Shown here: positions 1 to 11,045 of the stretch, one piece after another
Layout: each line of letters opens with the position of its first letter
Numbering within the stretch: position 1 is the first letter of the stretch
Notes under the pieces: generated by a model
What the model saw: the letters and a program-made list of their open reading frames with translations, nothing else
Told to the model about the DNA's origin: nothing
Database searches by the model: none
From: a virus
Lineage: Duplodnaviria > Caudoviricetes
IMG/VR virus record: IMGVR_UViG_3300043414_000472
Coordinates: 1 to 61,400 of that record
Reading direction: 5' to 3' (one strand)
Length of the DNA stretch: 61,400 nucleotides
Program-made: the position numbers and the translations under genes

Positions 1-127
1 TAGAGTTTAATCCATTCATGTTGACACCGAAGACTTCATTCAGTACACCTGCTACCTTTGGATCAAAGTATAGACCAGCTAGATCACCTGTCCTCGGAGC
101 AGAGCTTGCCGCATATGGCGTGACCCA
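1..127. repeat. Terminal direct repeat (assembly circularity overlap), copy 1
   Basis: Identical to 61274-61400; 127 bp is a common assembler k-mer; falls inside one continuous ORF. Confidence 0.95.
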
Positions 128-3100
128 CCCTGCCTTAGCATCCTTGCTTGCAAGGCCTAAGTCGATTGCAGTCTTAGCAAAGTCTGTTCTGAACTTTTCG
201 TTAGCCGATAGCATACCGACACGATAGAGTGTGTTGACTGCGTTAGCCAACGGGTCATCGATCTCACCTAAGAGTTCGCGGAAGGTCGAATCAATATCCT
301 TCTTGGGCTTAAACCGATTAAGATCTTTACGGAGAGAGTCTACTACTTGACTGTCTACTGTAGAGTTCATGGTCTCCAGCGTAGCTAGATAGTTATCTAG
401 TTTCTTAAGAGTGAGATCAGTTACGTCCTTATCGGTATAAGGCTTGCCGATCTTCTGGAACTCAGCCTCAGATTCCTCATGGTAAGCAGAGGCAGCAGCA
501 TCGCGTAGCTTGTTGAAGTCAACGTCTTTGCCGTCGATCTTAATGATGCCACCCATCTTAGCAGCTAGCGACCATCCCTCAGTATTGAAGAACTTATATG
601 CGCGTGTAAGGTATACGTCGTTTGAATCATCAAAGCCAGCTAAACCTTTAAAGTTATTGATGTCCTCTCTAAAGGCAACCGCTTCCTTAACAAGCTGTCC
701 GAATCCTGCATTGGTAATGCTTTGCTCTGCTGCTTGTTGCATCTTGACGAATGCGTTGTTGAAGTCCAGACGACGCTCACGCTTGAGCTTCTCGCTATAC
801 TCAGCAGCAAGATCAGCTTTACGTCCTTCAGTTTCGGTATCAGGTATCGTAGCTTCAAAGGCTTGCGTCTTATCAGCAATCTCTTTTAGGTCAGAGTCAG
901 TAAGCGGAGGTGCCGTTGTACCAAACAACAACTTGATGTCCTCCATCGACACGCCACCTTTGAGTGCAAGGTCTCGATACTTAGGGAAGTACTTGACTAA
1001 GGCTTTAGAAGAAGTAGCGATCTGGTTGACCGTACCGCTACGCAGATTCATAATATCACGTAGTTGTGACGGCAAGTTATACAGCTTCAGGCGTTCCGTA
1101 ACAGCTTCAGCCTTTCCTTCTTTAGACGATAGGATTGGGATTGCATAGGATACTTGATCGCCAACAGGTGAGCCATCGAGTGAAGCAAAGAAGTTTGCAG
1201 TGTCACCGAATGCACCTCTATCGAATAGGTTCGCATCGAAGTCAATTGATCCGCTCTTATTGATCTTAGCGAGTGTGCGACTAGCGTGAGAGATTGCAGC
1301 GGCAGTCTCAGCAGACGGGTAGTCTACGAAGCTTTGGCGAAGTCTTGTGACAAATGCTTTGATAGCATCTACAATAGTGCCAACCAAAGTCTTGTTGCCC
1401 TTTGTGCCTTTGATTACATCCTCATAAGTCTGACCTGCAACCGCTTTCTCGATCTGCATCCTGATCCATTCATCGGCAAGACGTTCGTTCGACAGGATAC
1501 CTGACTCTCGATCCGCTTTGATGTTAGCGAGTGTCTCTTCTGCAGTTAGTCCTGCTGTCGAATAGTATTGTTCAGCGATCTTCTGCAGTTGGTCTTCGCC
1601 TAACTCAGTTGCTACGCGAGCAATATGTTCAGGAGTGAATGCGTTGAGTGCCGCAAAGTGTGCGACCTCATGGTTGGCTAGTCCTCTGATACGTGCCTTA
1701 GCTGCTCGCTCATTGAGACCTGCAACAAGACCGTCGAGATGTTCTTTATTAAAGTGCATCACGTTTGGATCTTCTCTTGAGATGCCAGCAATGCCTTTAA
1801 ATTCAGAGTCCATCCGAAGGTTGATGCCCTCAGGAAGTTGGTCTTTGAAGTGTGACTCAGTGTCGATTGCAACACCACCTGCCGCATCTTGTCTAGCTAC
1901 GGAGAAAAGCATAGACAGTTCACGACCATCTACGTTAGACAGATCGTAAGCTATTCCTGTAGCCGTAGCTTTCTTGACTACCTTAGGTACTCCGATACGC
2001 CCGTTACTAAGAAGTTTAGATGGTGGTCGTTGACCAAAAACAGCAGATCGATCTTGTTGCATCCTACCCATGTCAACAGACTCGCCCTTGGTTTTTGTTA
2101 AGCGCGACATCAATATATGTAGGCGACCAGTTCTCGGTGCGTACGCTGCTCGCATACCCACTTCCGTTCTTGGCCTACCAAACTCGTTAAGATTACCTAA
2201 TGCATCGTGCCCTTCAGTAATCATTGCTGTCTCTGCATCAGGTAGCACAACATAGTTCTGTCCACGAGATATAGCGTCTGAGATCGCTGACTTCAGAACA
2301 AGAGTTTCATATGCTGCAAGTAAAGGCTCTACACTTGTATCTCCTTTTGTGGCCCAATCGCTTTGCACTTCAAACAAGAAGGTAGCTTTTTGTCCGTTTG
2401 GTAGCGTCTCTGTATACGACCTACCAAAACCAATAATGTTATTACGGTTTGGATAATGCAATCTATCATTAAATAGCTTCTCTGACGATGGGTTCTCGAC
2501 TACAATATCACGTACGTCTTCCATTTGACCCAGACTTTTTGGATTTACCAACCTAAACCTCCTACTTGCTGGGATGTTTGGATTAGCTGCTGCATCACTG
2601 CGAGATTTAGCCACTGCCGAATCAAGTTTATCTTCTAGCGTTTTATACTCCAAATTCAATTGCACAAACTCTTCGTCATCAGTATAGTCTTCTTCACCCC
2701 CATAGTAATTAGGAAACTTATCGGAAAGTTCCTGTTCTATACTGTGCAGGCGATCCGAAAGATAGCGTACTTCTGTAGACCTATAGGGATCTTGCTGCTC
2801 ATCCGATAGCTCACTAACCGAAACCCTTGCACTAGCGAGGGCTTGCAAGTTGGTGATTGCTTTGTCCACTTCGATGCGACCATTAACAACTAGACCTTCA
2901 AGTGATGGGATAACTAGAGATGCCTCACCTTTGGAGAAGCCTTTAGCAATCTTAGCAGATAGGCTTTGCCACGGAACTGTACCATCAGCGGCAACAGTAA
3001 GTCCGCCTAAGACTCCACCTTTGCCGTTGATCATATCCTCAATCGCAGCCTGACTCCTGAACATTGAGAGGGGTCTGGTATTGATACTATCGACAAGCGA

Positions 3101-6100
3101 AGCAACAGGAGAGGTCAGATTGCCGACGACTTGGGCCTGCTCTTTAGCTGACAACAAGACGTTTGGGTTGCTACGTAGCTGTCCTCTGAACTTAGCGAAC
3201 TCACGTAGTGCTCCTAACCCTTCTTCGATCTTGTGTGCATCGAGTCGGAGGTTCCGTTCAGCTTTGATGTTGAACGTGTTCGCGCCAGCAAACATTTGCG
3301 TGAAGTCGAGTAGCTCGTCGAAGGCATCTGCCATCTTCTTATCAGTAGTGGCATAACCAAATAGTGAGCGGAGTGATTCCCAGATACGGCTGAGTAACGA
3401 GCGTTGTGCTGTTGGCGTTGCTGCCCTTACGAGTGACTGGAACTCAGGAGCGGTAAGCGCAAGCGTTACGAACTCAAGGTCATCAGTAAAGGCAGTCTCA
3501 AACCCTTCGGTATCGAGACCCATCTTAGTGGCTTGTGATGCAGTGAGCGCACGAAGCGAAGCAATCCGTTGCAGTGCTGCCACTTGAGCAGGCGTTCTAG
3601 GATTGGTCATTGTCTGCACGGTAACTGCATGGAGGTACTCGTGAAGCAGAACGTCAACGATGCCACGACCGTTATGCCCTGAGATGTTGACCACTACAAG
3701 ATTGGACTTCGGCATGAATGCACCAGCAAAGCGGACATCGTTCATGTCACCAATCACGAACCTGACATTGCGGATAAGGTCTGTGTTTGCGGTAAGCACT
3801 CCTGCAACTAGACGCTGCATCGACGTACCTGATTCCTGAATGTCTCGCAGTGCAGCGATAACGGATTCAGGATCGTTGCTTACGATACCTAAGCGTTTGA
3901 TCTCAGCGTTGTTTACTTTGCGTGCTTCGTCAGCAAGCATACGACCATCAGCTTCACTAAAGTGTACACCAATAGATTCATTTGCAACTCTCTTTGCAAG
4001 ACGCAGACGTTGTTGCTTGTCGGCAAGTGATGCCCCTTCAGGCAGTGGTTCAAGCTGTGCTGGAGTACCTGCCGTTTGCTTAGGCGTAATGATCTCGCTA
4101 CCTACAGGAGGTAGCCAGCCCATATCAATAAGTGTATTAGCGAGATTGATCCCATCAACAGAGCCACTTAGATTCCGTGCAAGAATTACGTGCTCGTCTT
4201 TTGTGTAGTTACGTAGTATCTCTCCTGCCGTATCAATAAGTTCTAGTTCATCCATATCCTCACTAATGTCAGGATAAGACTTCTGAACAATCTTGAATAG
4301 ACTGTCGTAGGCTTTTCTTGCGGATGACGTATTTCCACGTAAAGTATTAGCAAGTTGACTGAGCGTTGAAGTATCTAGCAATCGGATTGCTGACTCAACA
4401 ACATCTTGTTCAGGATCAATCAAAGAGTTTAGTGTAAGCTCATAGTCTTCTTGTGTTGTAGCACTGTTACCCCTCACTCGTGAATTTCTACGGGTCTCCC
4501 TTACTTGATACCTTTTAGCGGCATCACGTACGTGAGTCTTAAAAGGTTTAACACCAACACTAAGCTCACCTGATGTGATGCTGTCGTATAAGTATTGACC
4601 GTAATTTGAAATGATTCCCTCCGCTGAACCTCCTGTTAAACCGTATACTTTTTTAATAGCGGTGGCTACTTCGTTTGGTTTAGGTGTGACCTGCCCCTTA
4701 GATACCGTCTCCTCTAAGATGATCTTAGGTATGTTGAGATCAATTAAAGTAGCACTTGGGTCTTTGAGTTGCGCTTTAGCAAGAGCTGATTGGATTTTCT
4801 TAGCGAGCGCATATTCTTTAAGATTGTTAGAGTATGATATTTGAGCTTCGCTCATAGCGTTGCGACCGCTATCTTCACTTAGACCAAAGCTATTTGTAAT
4901 TAGATTCTCAAAGTTACCAAAAGAACTTCTTTTAGATTCGATCCCTACTTCTACTTTATTAGTCTCTTGCGATACAGACATCATGTCATTCATGTATGTC
5001 TCGAAACTATTATTAGCTTTATTGCGTGCCGATGGTCCTGCACCATCTAAGTATTGCGAAGCAGGTGGGCGAAGGAAATCGCCTAAGCTAGTCATTGCCT
5101 TCTTAGGGGTATCTCCTGAGTTACCAACAAGTGAGATATCTCCTGCATTAAATACGCCAGTATCAAACGGATGGCGTTTTACACCAGTAACTAGTAAGCT
5201 ACCTTTGCCAGTATCTTTCACATCAATAGAGGGGTTCTTAGAGAATCCTTTGCTTGTTGCAACAGACTTAGGAATAACTATCATAAGCCCCAGATCAATC
5301 TGTTGTGCCGTGATGAGTGGGTTATTGGTAAACACACCTCGGATTGGCTTGCCGTCACTGTCTGCTTCATAGGGCACGTCGATATAGTTATCACCAGCCT
5401 TAGTCATGTACGCCACACGACGCTTCGACTTAGTGGTCAGTGTGCCTTCAGGAACAGGAATGAATGGGAAGCGTTCTTGAATATCTTTCCATAGGCGTTG
5501 TTTGATTTCAGTACTATGCGATTGAAAATCAATACCACTTACCTTCTTAGGATCGAAGCCGTGTTCCGCAAGATTGCTGATTGCAAACCCGCCTGCTAGC
5601 CAGTTTGTGTATAGGTTAGCCTCTTCTGCATTTCGGAATACGCCATTTTTGAATACAACAACAGGTTGTGCTACTTCTCCTTTGAACCCAACTGGACCAA
5701 CACCTTTTGCTTCCTTAAACTTAGACGGAGTAGGTTTAACTGCGGCAGCGGCAGCGGCAACTTGGGGAGATACTTGTTGCTCTCCTTTCATAATGCTGAG
5801 TAGCTCATCAGCATTCTTCTGCGCGTCCGTCCTGACATCAACTTCAGGATCAGGCGCAGTGAGTTCTTCAATCTTAGACTTAAGTTCTGTTGCTTTACCC
5901 TCAACGGCAAAGCGTGCCTTGTTGACAGTACTCTTCAGGCTCTTATAGGCATCGAGTACGCCAGAAGGGATTGAGGCTTTGGATTCTCTTGCAGCTTGAA
6001 TTCTATTATCAAGCTGTTGAAATTGTACTTCAAGAGACTCAAGCGTTGTAAGCTGTCCATCTACATCGAATACAGGAACAGTGGTATTAAGATTAGTAAG

Positions 6101-9100
6101 CTCTTCTTGTAGATCTATCGCATCATCAGATGGGTTCTCTGAATTTGATACAACCGTAGTCTCAGGAAGTGGGGTCACCGACTGCTTCTTAGCGCGAGTC
6201 TTCTTAGTTGCAGGAGTCTCAGCAACTGGTGTTACTACAGGTGCAGGTACTTCTTCCGCAATAGGCGCAGCTTCAGCTACAGCCGCAGGTTTTGCCTCAA
6301 TAAACTGAGCAATCTTTACCCGATTATAGATAGCTTCAAGTGCGCCAACGCTTGCGAGAATACCAGTACGAACCTCAGAAAGTGAGTCATCGAGACCCAT
6401 CGCGTACTTAGTAGCTTCGTCAATACGGTTTTTTAGATCGCTAAATACTTCAGGTGCAAATCCATTTGCAACACTGTTAATTTCTTCAGGATTAAATTCA
6501 TTTGCTTTAACAGAAAGCAATGCTGCCGTCAGTGGGTTTTCAATAATGAGATTACGTACGTAGTTATGTTCTTCAGTACGTACTTCAGGTGCAGGGGTAA
6601 CTCCCGTCTCAATAGCATCAGCAACTACAACTTCAGGAGCCGTCTCAGATGGAGCAGTAGGATTAAGCGGTGCTTCGGCTACGGCACCTTTTCCTTTTCT
6701 TCCTTTGCCTTTCTTAGCGGCAGCAACTACAGGTGCGATAGGCGTTTCAGCCACTGCAGTTGGGTCTGCAACAGGGGTAGTGGCTTCTTCAATGGCAGGC
6801 GCATCATCGAACAAGTCAAGCTCAAGTTGCCCTACATTCTCGGACTGCATGAGGACAGCAGGATCGAGATTGTAATAGCGGAGCGCGTCCTCAATCTGAC
6901 CCTTATCCGTAAGGATGATAGGAGACAATACATTCTCTTGCCCAATTATTCTAGTATTGTTGATACGCAATGTAGGAGCACCTGCCATATCCTGTACGAA
7001 GGATACGTTTGCTGGATCAGTTGGAAAAGCATACTTGAATTTTTGTTTTGGATCGGGAACCGCATAAGGAGTTCCTGCTGGAATAGTTCCATCATGTTCG
7101 CCTGTAAGCATGAGTCGCTTACGGTCAAGACGAATGCCTGACCTATCAATAGGTTGGAATCTATTACCTACATCAAGGTGAGTGATTCCATCGGCTCTTG
7201 GCTCGTCGAGATTAAGTCGAACAGAGTTTCCATCAACCTCAAGCGTTCCAGCATACGAACCGAGATACGCACGTTCACCATCAAAGTCGGTGAGGAATCG
7301 TGTCTTTTCAGGTAGTACCATTGCACGAGTATCGCCCAATGAAAGTTCAGCCTGACCTGAAGGTTCAAAAGTAATTGGTTTGTCAGCTTGTGTAACAACC
7401 TCTGTCGTCTTAGCCTGTACTTCTTTTTGTTTCTGTGCAGCGATTTCTGCTTGCCTTTGTGCGTTAGCCGCAGATTGAGCATCGTTAAGCTGACGTTGCA
7501 AGACTTCTGCTGTAGCAGTGCTACCTGTCTTACGTAGATCGTTAGCAACTTTGGAGAGTACAGTAGCACGAGCATCCAATGCCAACGAAATATCAGATTG
7601 ATTCAACGGTTGGATGACTTGACCAAAGCCAGAACCGAACCCACCCATGAGACCACCTAAAGCAAAGGCACTCCAGATTTGAGTGACGCGTTCCGCCAAT
7701 GGGGTATTCTTGTGTAGCGCAGCGTCTTCAATTCGATTCTGTACTGCTTGATCGAGAGCTTCTTCAAAGCCTTCATCAATTGCACCGTGGATAGTAGTGC
7801 GGATATAGTTCTTGTATGCACCACCGATGTTGGCAGTAAGAGCCTTCTGAAACTCTTTATCGGTTAGTTTCGCACCTGCATTATTGAGATTCTCATTAAG
7901 GAACTTTGCTTGTTTGTAGTTAAGCTCTCCCAAAGAAACTTTACGTACGCCAGTAGCTGTATCATCAGCGGCAGTAATTGGTCTAAACTTCCCTGTAGCG
8001 AGATCTTCAATACCACCTTCGCCTAAGAAGCTCATGCCTGAAGTAATGACTGCGGTGCTAAGACCTGAAGCAATGGCATAACCAAAAGCATTGCGGTGCT
8101 TCTCATCGGCACTCATGGTGTCTGGTAACTGCCCATAGATAGAACCGTACGTCGATGCCGCAGAACGAGTAAATGAAGTTGCAAATAACGGAACAAGCTT
8201 ATCTGCTTTGGCAAGATTGGTAGCAAGACTGCCGCCAACCTTTTCAAGTGCTTCTCCGACAAGTGCTTCACCGCCTGCTGCTGCCGCTTCTTTAGCCACA
8301 GCCGCAGTTGCGCCATCAACCATTGACATTGCTCCTCTAGTAGCTTCACGGACAACGGCTTTGGACCCGCCTTTAACAATCCCTTTGAGTCCTGTATAGA
8401 GTCCTTCAGTCCCAATCGTCGCAAGGATATCCGTTGCAACTTGAGGGACAGTGTTAAGGAGTTGGAATGTTATTCCGTACTCGTCACCAAATAGACGGGA
8501 GTACTCTTCCCGATCTGACTGCTCCTTGTTCATCGCAACTAGAGCTTTAGCGGCAGGCTCGATGCCCATGAGTGCACCGATGCCGACAGGAAGTGTAGCG
8601 ATAGCTGAGAAGGTACTCATCCCCAATTGCTGGAGACGCTCCGACATACCGTCATAATTTTGTGCGTTGTTGCCAACCCATTCTTCAATGAACTCAGATG
8701 GCTTTTTGCCTGCTGCTCTAGCAACGGCATACGCAGAAGTTGCCTCACTACTCTCGCCTAAAATCAATTTAAGAATCTTAGGTGCCTCGGTCTCAAGCAT
8801 TGCTTGACGCTGAATGGTTGCGCGTTCTTTCTGATCCTCATTGAGTGGAGCCATTTTAAGAGCTTGCTCAAACTGAGTCTTGTTACCAATTAGTGCGGGA
8901 CTTACAATGACGTTGCCTAAGCTGTCTGTATCGAGTCCTGTCTCAGGTCTATCAGCACGATAGTATGGGCCTGATGCGTGTTTCAAATAGTCACCTAAGA
9001 ACTGATTGACTTCCCTAGACGAGAAACGATCAGCGATAGCTTTGTTGCCACCAATCAATTCGGACGGTGCGGCAACAGGATCTTCGTGGTGTGTGATTCC

Positions 9101-9967
9101 AAAAGCATCTGTCACTACTCCAGCAACAGCATCAAGCGGAATGGCTACTGCTTTCTTGACGTAGTCAAAAATGGTCTCGCCAGTTGTAAGTTGCTCAGTC
9201 CGTTTAGCCTCACGAATCCTTGCTGCCTCTTGGTCAAGCGAACTGCGAAGAGTCGGATCTTTCTTTGCAAGATTCTCGATTGAGTTTGCAAAGACGTTAT
9301 AGCGAGTACCTTCTGCAACGGTAGCATTACCACCATTGATTGGCATTGTCAGCTTCTTAACGTCGTTTAAGTCAGAAGCAGAGATTGCTCCATTGTTAAT
9401 CAGAGTGTCAAGTTCTCCATTTAGATTGTCAGGCTTAGTGTCAGCACCTGTATAGAGTTGCCGACCACCCTCTTCATCAACGGCAACAACTCGATAGTCT
9501 CCTCTATCTACAGCAGAAAGACGAGCATTTTTTACTTGTGCTCTATCACCGACGTAGCTGTCAACAAGTCCTTGTAGTTCGCCTACTTTATCAGGCGAAG
9601 TTTGTTTCAGCGAAAGATACTGCTGGATCGTCGGTGCCCTCTCAAGAAATTCAGGACTGTCCTTTGCAAAGTCATTCTGGTAATGGTCAAGCAAGAACTT
9701 GGCATCCGCATCTTTATTTTGGATCGGAGTGAGGAGATCTTGTAGCTTCTGATTGCGGTCTTCTTCAGGTTCTTCATCAGAGATTAGACCGTCTACTCTA
9801 GCGCGATCAACAATACCTTGTTGGATCTCCTGTTCAGCGGTATCGTCGAGTTGACCATTCTTATAAGCACTCGTCCGAACGTAGTCGGCGTATTGCTTGA
9901 TTCTTTCAGAAGTGTCGGCGGTCGCATTGGCTTCTGCCCATGCATCAAACGGTTGAATTTCCAGCAT
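1..9967 (-). CDS. Giant polyvalent internal virion/ejection protein, N-terminal ~3,320 aa (continues across the junction to 59442; ~3,932 aa total)
   Basis: ATG at 9967 (MLEIQPFDAW...) with an in-frame TAA just upstream; no stop seen reading to base 1 and none reported in this frame by the ORF track; in frame with the 59442-61292 ORF via the overlap; HEYLH 3629-3643, HEVAH 1658-1672, FEVQSDW ~2354-2374. Confidence 0.85.
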   Translation of the reverse strand, partial: MLEIQPFDAWAEANATADTSERIKQYADYVRTSAYKNGQLDDTAEQEIQQGIVDRARVDGLISDEEPEEDRNQKLQDLLTPIQNKDADAKFLLDHYQNDFAKDSPEFLERAPTIQQYLSLKQTSPDKVGELQGLVDSYVGDRAQVKNARLSAVDRGDYRVVAVDEEGGRQLYTGADTKPDNLNGELDTLINNGAISASDLNDVKKLTMPINGGNATVAEGTRYNVFANSIENLAKKDPTLRSSLDQEAARIREAKRTEQLTTGETIFDYVKKAVAIPLDAVAGVVTDAFGITHHEDPVAAPSELIGGNKAIADRFSSREVNQFLGDYLKHASGPYYRADRPETGLDTDSLGNVIVSPALIGNKTQFEQALKMAPLNEDQKERATIQRQAMLETEAPKILKLILGESSEATSAYAVARAAGKKPSEFIEEWVGNNAQNYDGMSERLQQLGMSTFSAIATLPVGIGALMGIEPAAKALVAMNKEQSDREEYSRLFGDEYGITFQLLNTVPQVATDILATIGTEGLYTGLKGIVKGGSKAVVREATRGAMSMVDGATAAVAKEAAAAGGEALVGEALEKVGGSLATNLAKADKLVPLFATSFTRSAASTYGSIYGQLPDTMSADEKHRNAFGYAIASGLSTAVITSGMSFLGEGGIEDLATGKFRPITAADDTATGVRKVSLGELNYKQAKFLNENLNNAGAKLTDKEFQKALTANIGGAYKNYIRTTIHGAIDEGFEEALDQAVQNRIEDAALHKNTPLAERVTQIWSAFALGGLMGGFGSGFGQVIQPLNQSDISLALDARATVLSKVANDLRKTGSTATAEVLQRQLNDAQSAANAQRQAEIAAQKQKEVQAKTTEVVTQADKPITFEPSGQAELSLGDTRAMVLPEKTRFLTDFDGERAYLGSYAGTLEVDGNSVRLNLDEPRADGITHLDVGNRFQPIDRSGIRLDRKRLMLTGEHDGTIPAGTPYAVPDPKQKFKYAFPTDPANVSFVQDMAGAPTLRINNTRIIGQENVLSPIILTDKGQIEDALRYYNLDPAVLMQSENVGQLELDLFDDAPAIEEATTPVADPTAVAETPIAPVVAAAKKGKGRKGKGAVAEAPLNPTAPSETAPEVVVADAIETGVTPAPEVRTEEHNYVRNLIIENPLTAALLSVKANEFNPEEINSVANGFAPEVFSDLKNRIDEATKYAMGLDDSLSEVRTGILASVGALEAIYNRVKIAQFIEAKPAAVAEAAPIAEEVPAPVVTPVAETPATKKTRAKKQSVTPLPETTVVSNSENPSDDAIDLQEELTNLNTTVPVFDVDGQLTTLESLEVQFQQLDNRIQAARESKASIPSGVLDAYKSLKSTVNKARFAVEGKATELKSKIEELTAPDPEVDVRTDAQKNADELLSIMKGEQQVSPQVAAAAAAVKPTPSKFKEAKGVGPVGFKGEVAQPVVVFKNGVFRNAEEANLYTNWLAGGFAISNLAEHGFDPKKVSGIDFQSHSTEIKQRLWKDIQERFPFIPVPEGTLTTKSKRRVAYMTKAGDNYIDVPYEADSDGKPIRGVFTNNPLITAQQIDLGLMIVIPKSVATSKGFSKNPSIDVKDTGKGSLLVTGVKRHPFDTGVFNAGDISLVGNSGDTPKKAMTSLGDFLRPPASQYLDGAGPSARNKANNSFETYMNDMMSVSQETNKVEVGIESKRSSFGNFENLITNSFGLSEDSGRNAMSEAQISYSNNLKEYALAKKIQSALAKAQLKDPSATLIDLNIPKIILEETVSKGQVTPKPNEVATAIKKVYGLTGGSAEGIISNYGQYLYDSITSGELSVGVKPFKTHVRDAAKRYQVRETRRNSRVRGNSATTQEDYELTLNSLIDPEQDVVESAIRLLDTSTLSQLANTLRGNTSSARKAYDSLFKIVQKSYPDISEDMDELELIDTAGEILRNYTKDEHVILARNLSGSVDGINLANTLIDMGWLPPVGSEIITPKQTAGTPAQLEPLPEGASLADKQQRLRLAKRVANESIGVHFSEADGRMLADEARKVNNAEIKRLGIVSNDPESVIAALRDIQESGTSMQRLVAGVLTANTDLIRNVRFVIGDMNDVRFAGAFMPKSNLVVVNISGHNGRGIVDVLLHEYLHAVTVQTMTNPRTPAQVAALQRIASLRALTASQATKMGLDTEGFETAFTDDLEFVTLALTAPEFQSLVRAATPTAQRSLLSRIWESLRSLFGYATTDKKMADAFDELLDFTQMFAGANTFNIKAERNLRLDAHKIEEGLGALREFAKFRGQLRSNPNVLLSAKEQAQVVGNLTSPVASLVDSINTRPLSMFRSQAAIEDMINGKGGVLGGLTVAADGTVPWQSLSAKIAKGFSKGEASLVIPSLEGLVVNGRIEVDKAITNLQALASARVSVSELSDEQQDPYRSTEVRYLSDRLHSIEQELSDKFPNYYGGEEDYTDDEEFVQLNLEYKTLEDKLDSAVAKSRSDAAANPNIPASRRFRLVNPKSLGQMEDVRDIVVENPSSEKLFNDRLHYPNRNNIIGFGRSYTETLPNGQKATFLFEVQSDWATKGDTSVEPLLAAYETLVLKSAISDAISRGQNYVVLPDAETAMITEGHDALGNLNEFGRPRTEVGMRAAYAPRTGRLHILMSRLTKTKGESVDMGRMQQDRSAVFGQRPPSKLLSNGRIGVPKVVKKATATGIAYDLSNVDGRELSMLFSVARQDAAGGVAIDTESHFKDQLPEGINLRMDSEFKGIAGISREDPNVMHFNKEHLDGLVAGLNERAAKARIRGLANHEVAHFAALNAFTPEHIARVATELGEDQLQKIAEQYYSTAGLTAEETLANIKADRESGILSNERLADEWIRMQIEKAVAGQTYEDVIKGTKGNKTLVGTIVDAIKAFVTRLRQSFVDYPSAETAAAISHASRTLAKINKSGSIDFDANLFDRGAFGDTANFFASLDGSPVGDQVSYAIPILSSKEGKAEAVTERLKLYNLPSQLRDIMNLRSGTVNQIATSSKALVKYFPKYRDLALKGGVSMEDIKLLFGTTAPPLTDSDLKEIADKTQAFEATIPDTETEGRKADLAAEYSEKLKRERRLDFNNAFVKMQQAAEQSITNAGFGQLVKEAVAFREDINNFKGLAGFDDSNDVYLTRAYKFFNTEGWSLAAKMGGIIKIDGKDVDFNKLRDAAASAYHEESEAEFQKIGKPYTDKDVTDLTLKKLDNYLATLETMNSTVDSQVVDSLRKDLNRFKPKKDIDSTFRELLGEIDDPLANAVNTLYRVGMLSANEKFRTDFAKTAIDLGLASKDAKAGWVTPYAASSAPRTGDLAGLYFDPKVAGVLNEVFGVNMNGLNS

Positions 9968-10001
9968 CGTGGTAAATTAGTTGGTTATGTTTAGAGACGA
10001 G

Positions 10002-11042
10002 TTATTTTGGAGAAGTAAATCCTGATCGGAAAGAAGATCTTGTAGGTTTTGGTGGGGCTGCTGCTCTCTTGCCTAAGTAAATATCGGACACAATACTTTG
10101 CCCAATACCAATTTGTTCGGTTACATTTGCTTTACCAAACTTTTTAATTTCATCTGGCGTACCGAACTCTTCTACTACTGAGGTGACAGCATTTCTGCTA
10201 ATTGGGTCGTCGTAGTCAGTAGCTGGACCCATTGGGTTAAGCTTATTCTCTTTGGGCTTTGCCTTAGAGACAAAGTCAAATACCTTACCGAGACGGTCTT
10301 GTTTTTCTTTTTCTGCCTCTATACTGACTCGTCGATTGATCTCGCCAGTCTTAGCTGTATAAAGACCTGTGCCGTAAACGTCAATAGGGACATCTTCATT
10401 TGCTGCCAAAGAACGACCAATGCTTTTCTCGTAAGCTGCAAGAGTATCAGGATGTGCGCCAGCATTGAAGTAATCAAGTTTGGTCACTCGATCTTTTTGC
10501 TGAGTCGTAAGACTTGAGTTAGCAGCATTAAGTGCGTTAGCAATTGCAGGATTGAGTGCAGCTTGTCCTGCTAAGTTAATACCCATAATGCCAAACTCTT
10601 GTTTCTTTTGTGCATTATCTTTATTTGGATCGGATGCAATTGAAGTTAGTTGTGATTGTATCTGCTCCAGTCCTGCAAACATATTCCGTTTACGAGCAGC
10701 GTCTTCGCGTGCTTGATCCAAGGTAAATTTTGCAGACTCAAACTGCATCTGGCGGGATTTAATATCCATGCCTGCCTGCTCTACAGCAGCGCGTTGCATA
10801 TAATCTCTCTGAGCATTTAGTCGATTCTCCCGCAGCATACCAGCAGCCATGTAAGGATCAATCTTTGGGTCACTTGCAAGACGATCAAAAAACTTTCTCT
10901 GTGTAGGCAAGAAGTCACGTTCATACGGAGTTTGCTCCATAGTAGTATCTGAAGTAGCTGTAGTATTTACTGAAGACGTAGCTACAGGTGTAGGTACAGT
11001 CGGGTATGTACTCAGCAAAGCATCAAAGTCAGAAAGAGCCAT
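10002..11042 (-). CDS. Probable internal virion (ejection) protein, 346 aa
   Basis: Ala/Gln-rich helical protein directly upstream of the giant gene; position typical of podovirus core proteins. Confidence 0.55.
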   Translation of the reverse strand: MALSDFDALLSTYPTVPTPVATSSVNTTATSDTTMEQTPYERDFLPTQRKFFDRLASDPKIDPYMAAGMLRENRLNAQRDYMQRAAVEQAGMDIKSRQMQFESAKFTLDQAREDAARKRNMFAGLEQIQSQLTSIASDPNKDNAQKKQEFGIMGINLAGQAALNPAIANALNAANSSLTTQQKDRVTKLDYFNAGAHPDTLAAYEKSIGRSLAANEDVPIDVYGTGLYTAKTGEINRRVSIEAEKEKQDRLGKVFDFVSKAKPKENKLNPMGPATDYDDPISRNAVTSVVEEFGTPDEIKKFGKANVTEQIGIGQSIVSDIYLGKRAAAPPKPTRSSFRSGFTSPK

Positions 11043-11045
11043 ATT

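Noticed and set aside
7274-7288. DFDGE in the giant protein as an RNA polymerase DxDGD site (virion RNAP)
   Set aside because: Third Asp is Glu, no NA/GA prefix, and no T7/N4-type motifs A/B/C seen; cannot be fully excluded without structure prediction
18-9732. Many plus-strand ORFs of 60-212 aa
   Set aside because: Antisense shadows of the giant minus-strand gene with Ser/Leu-rich, non-protein-like composition
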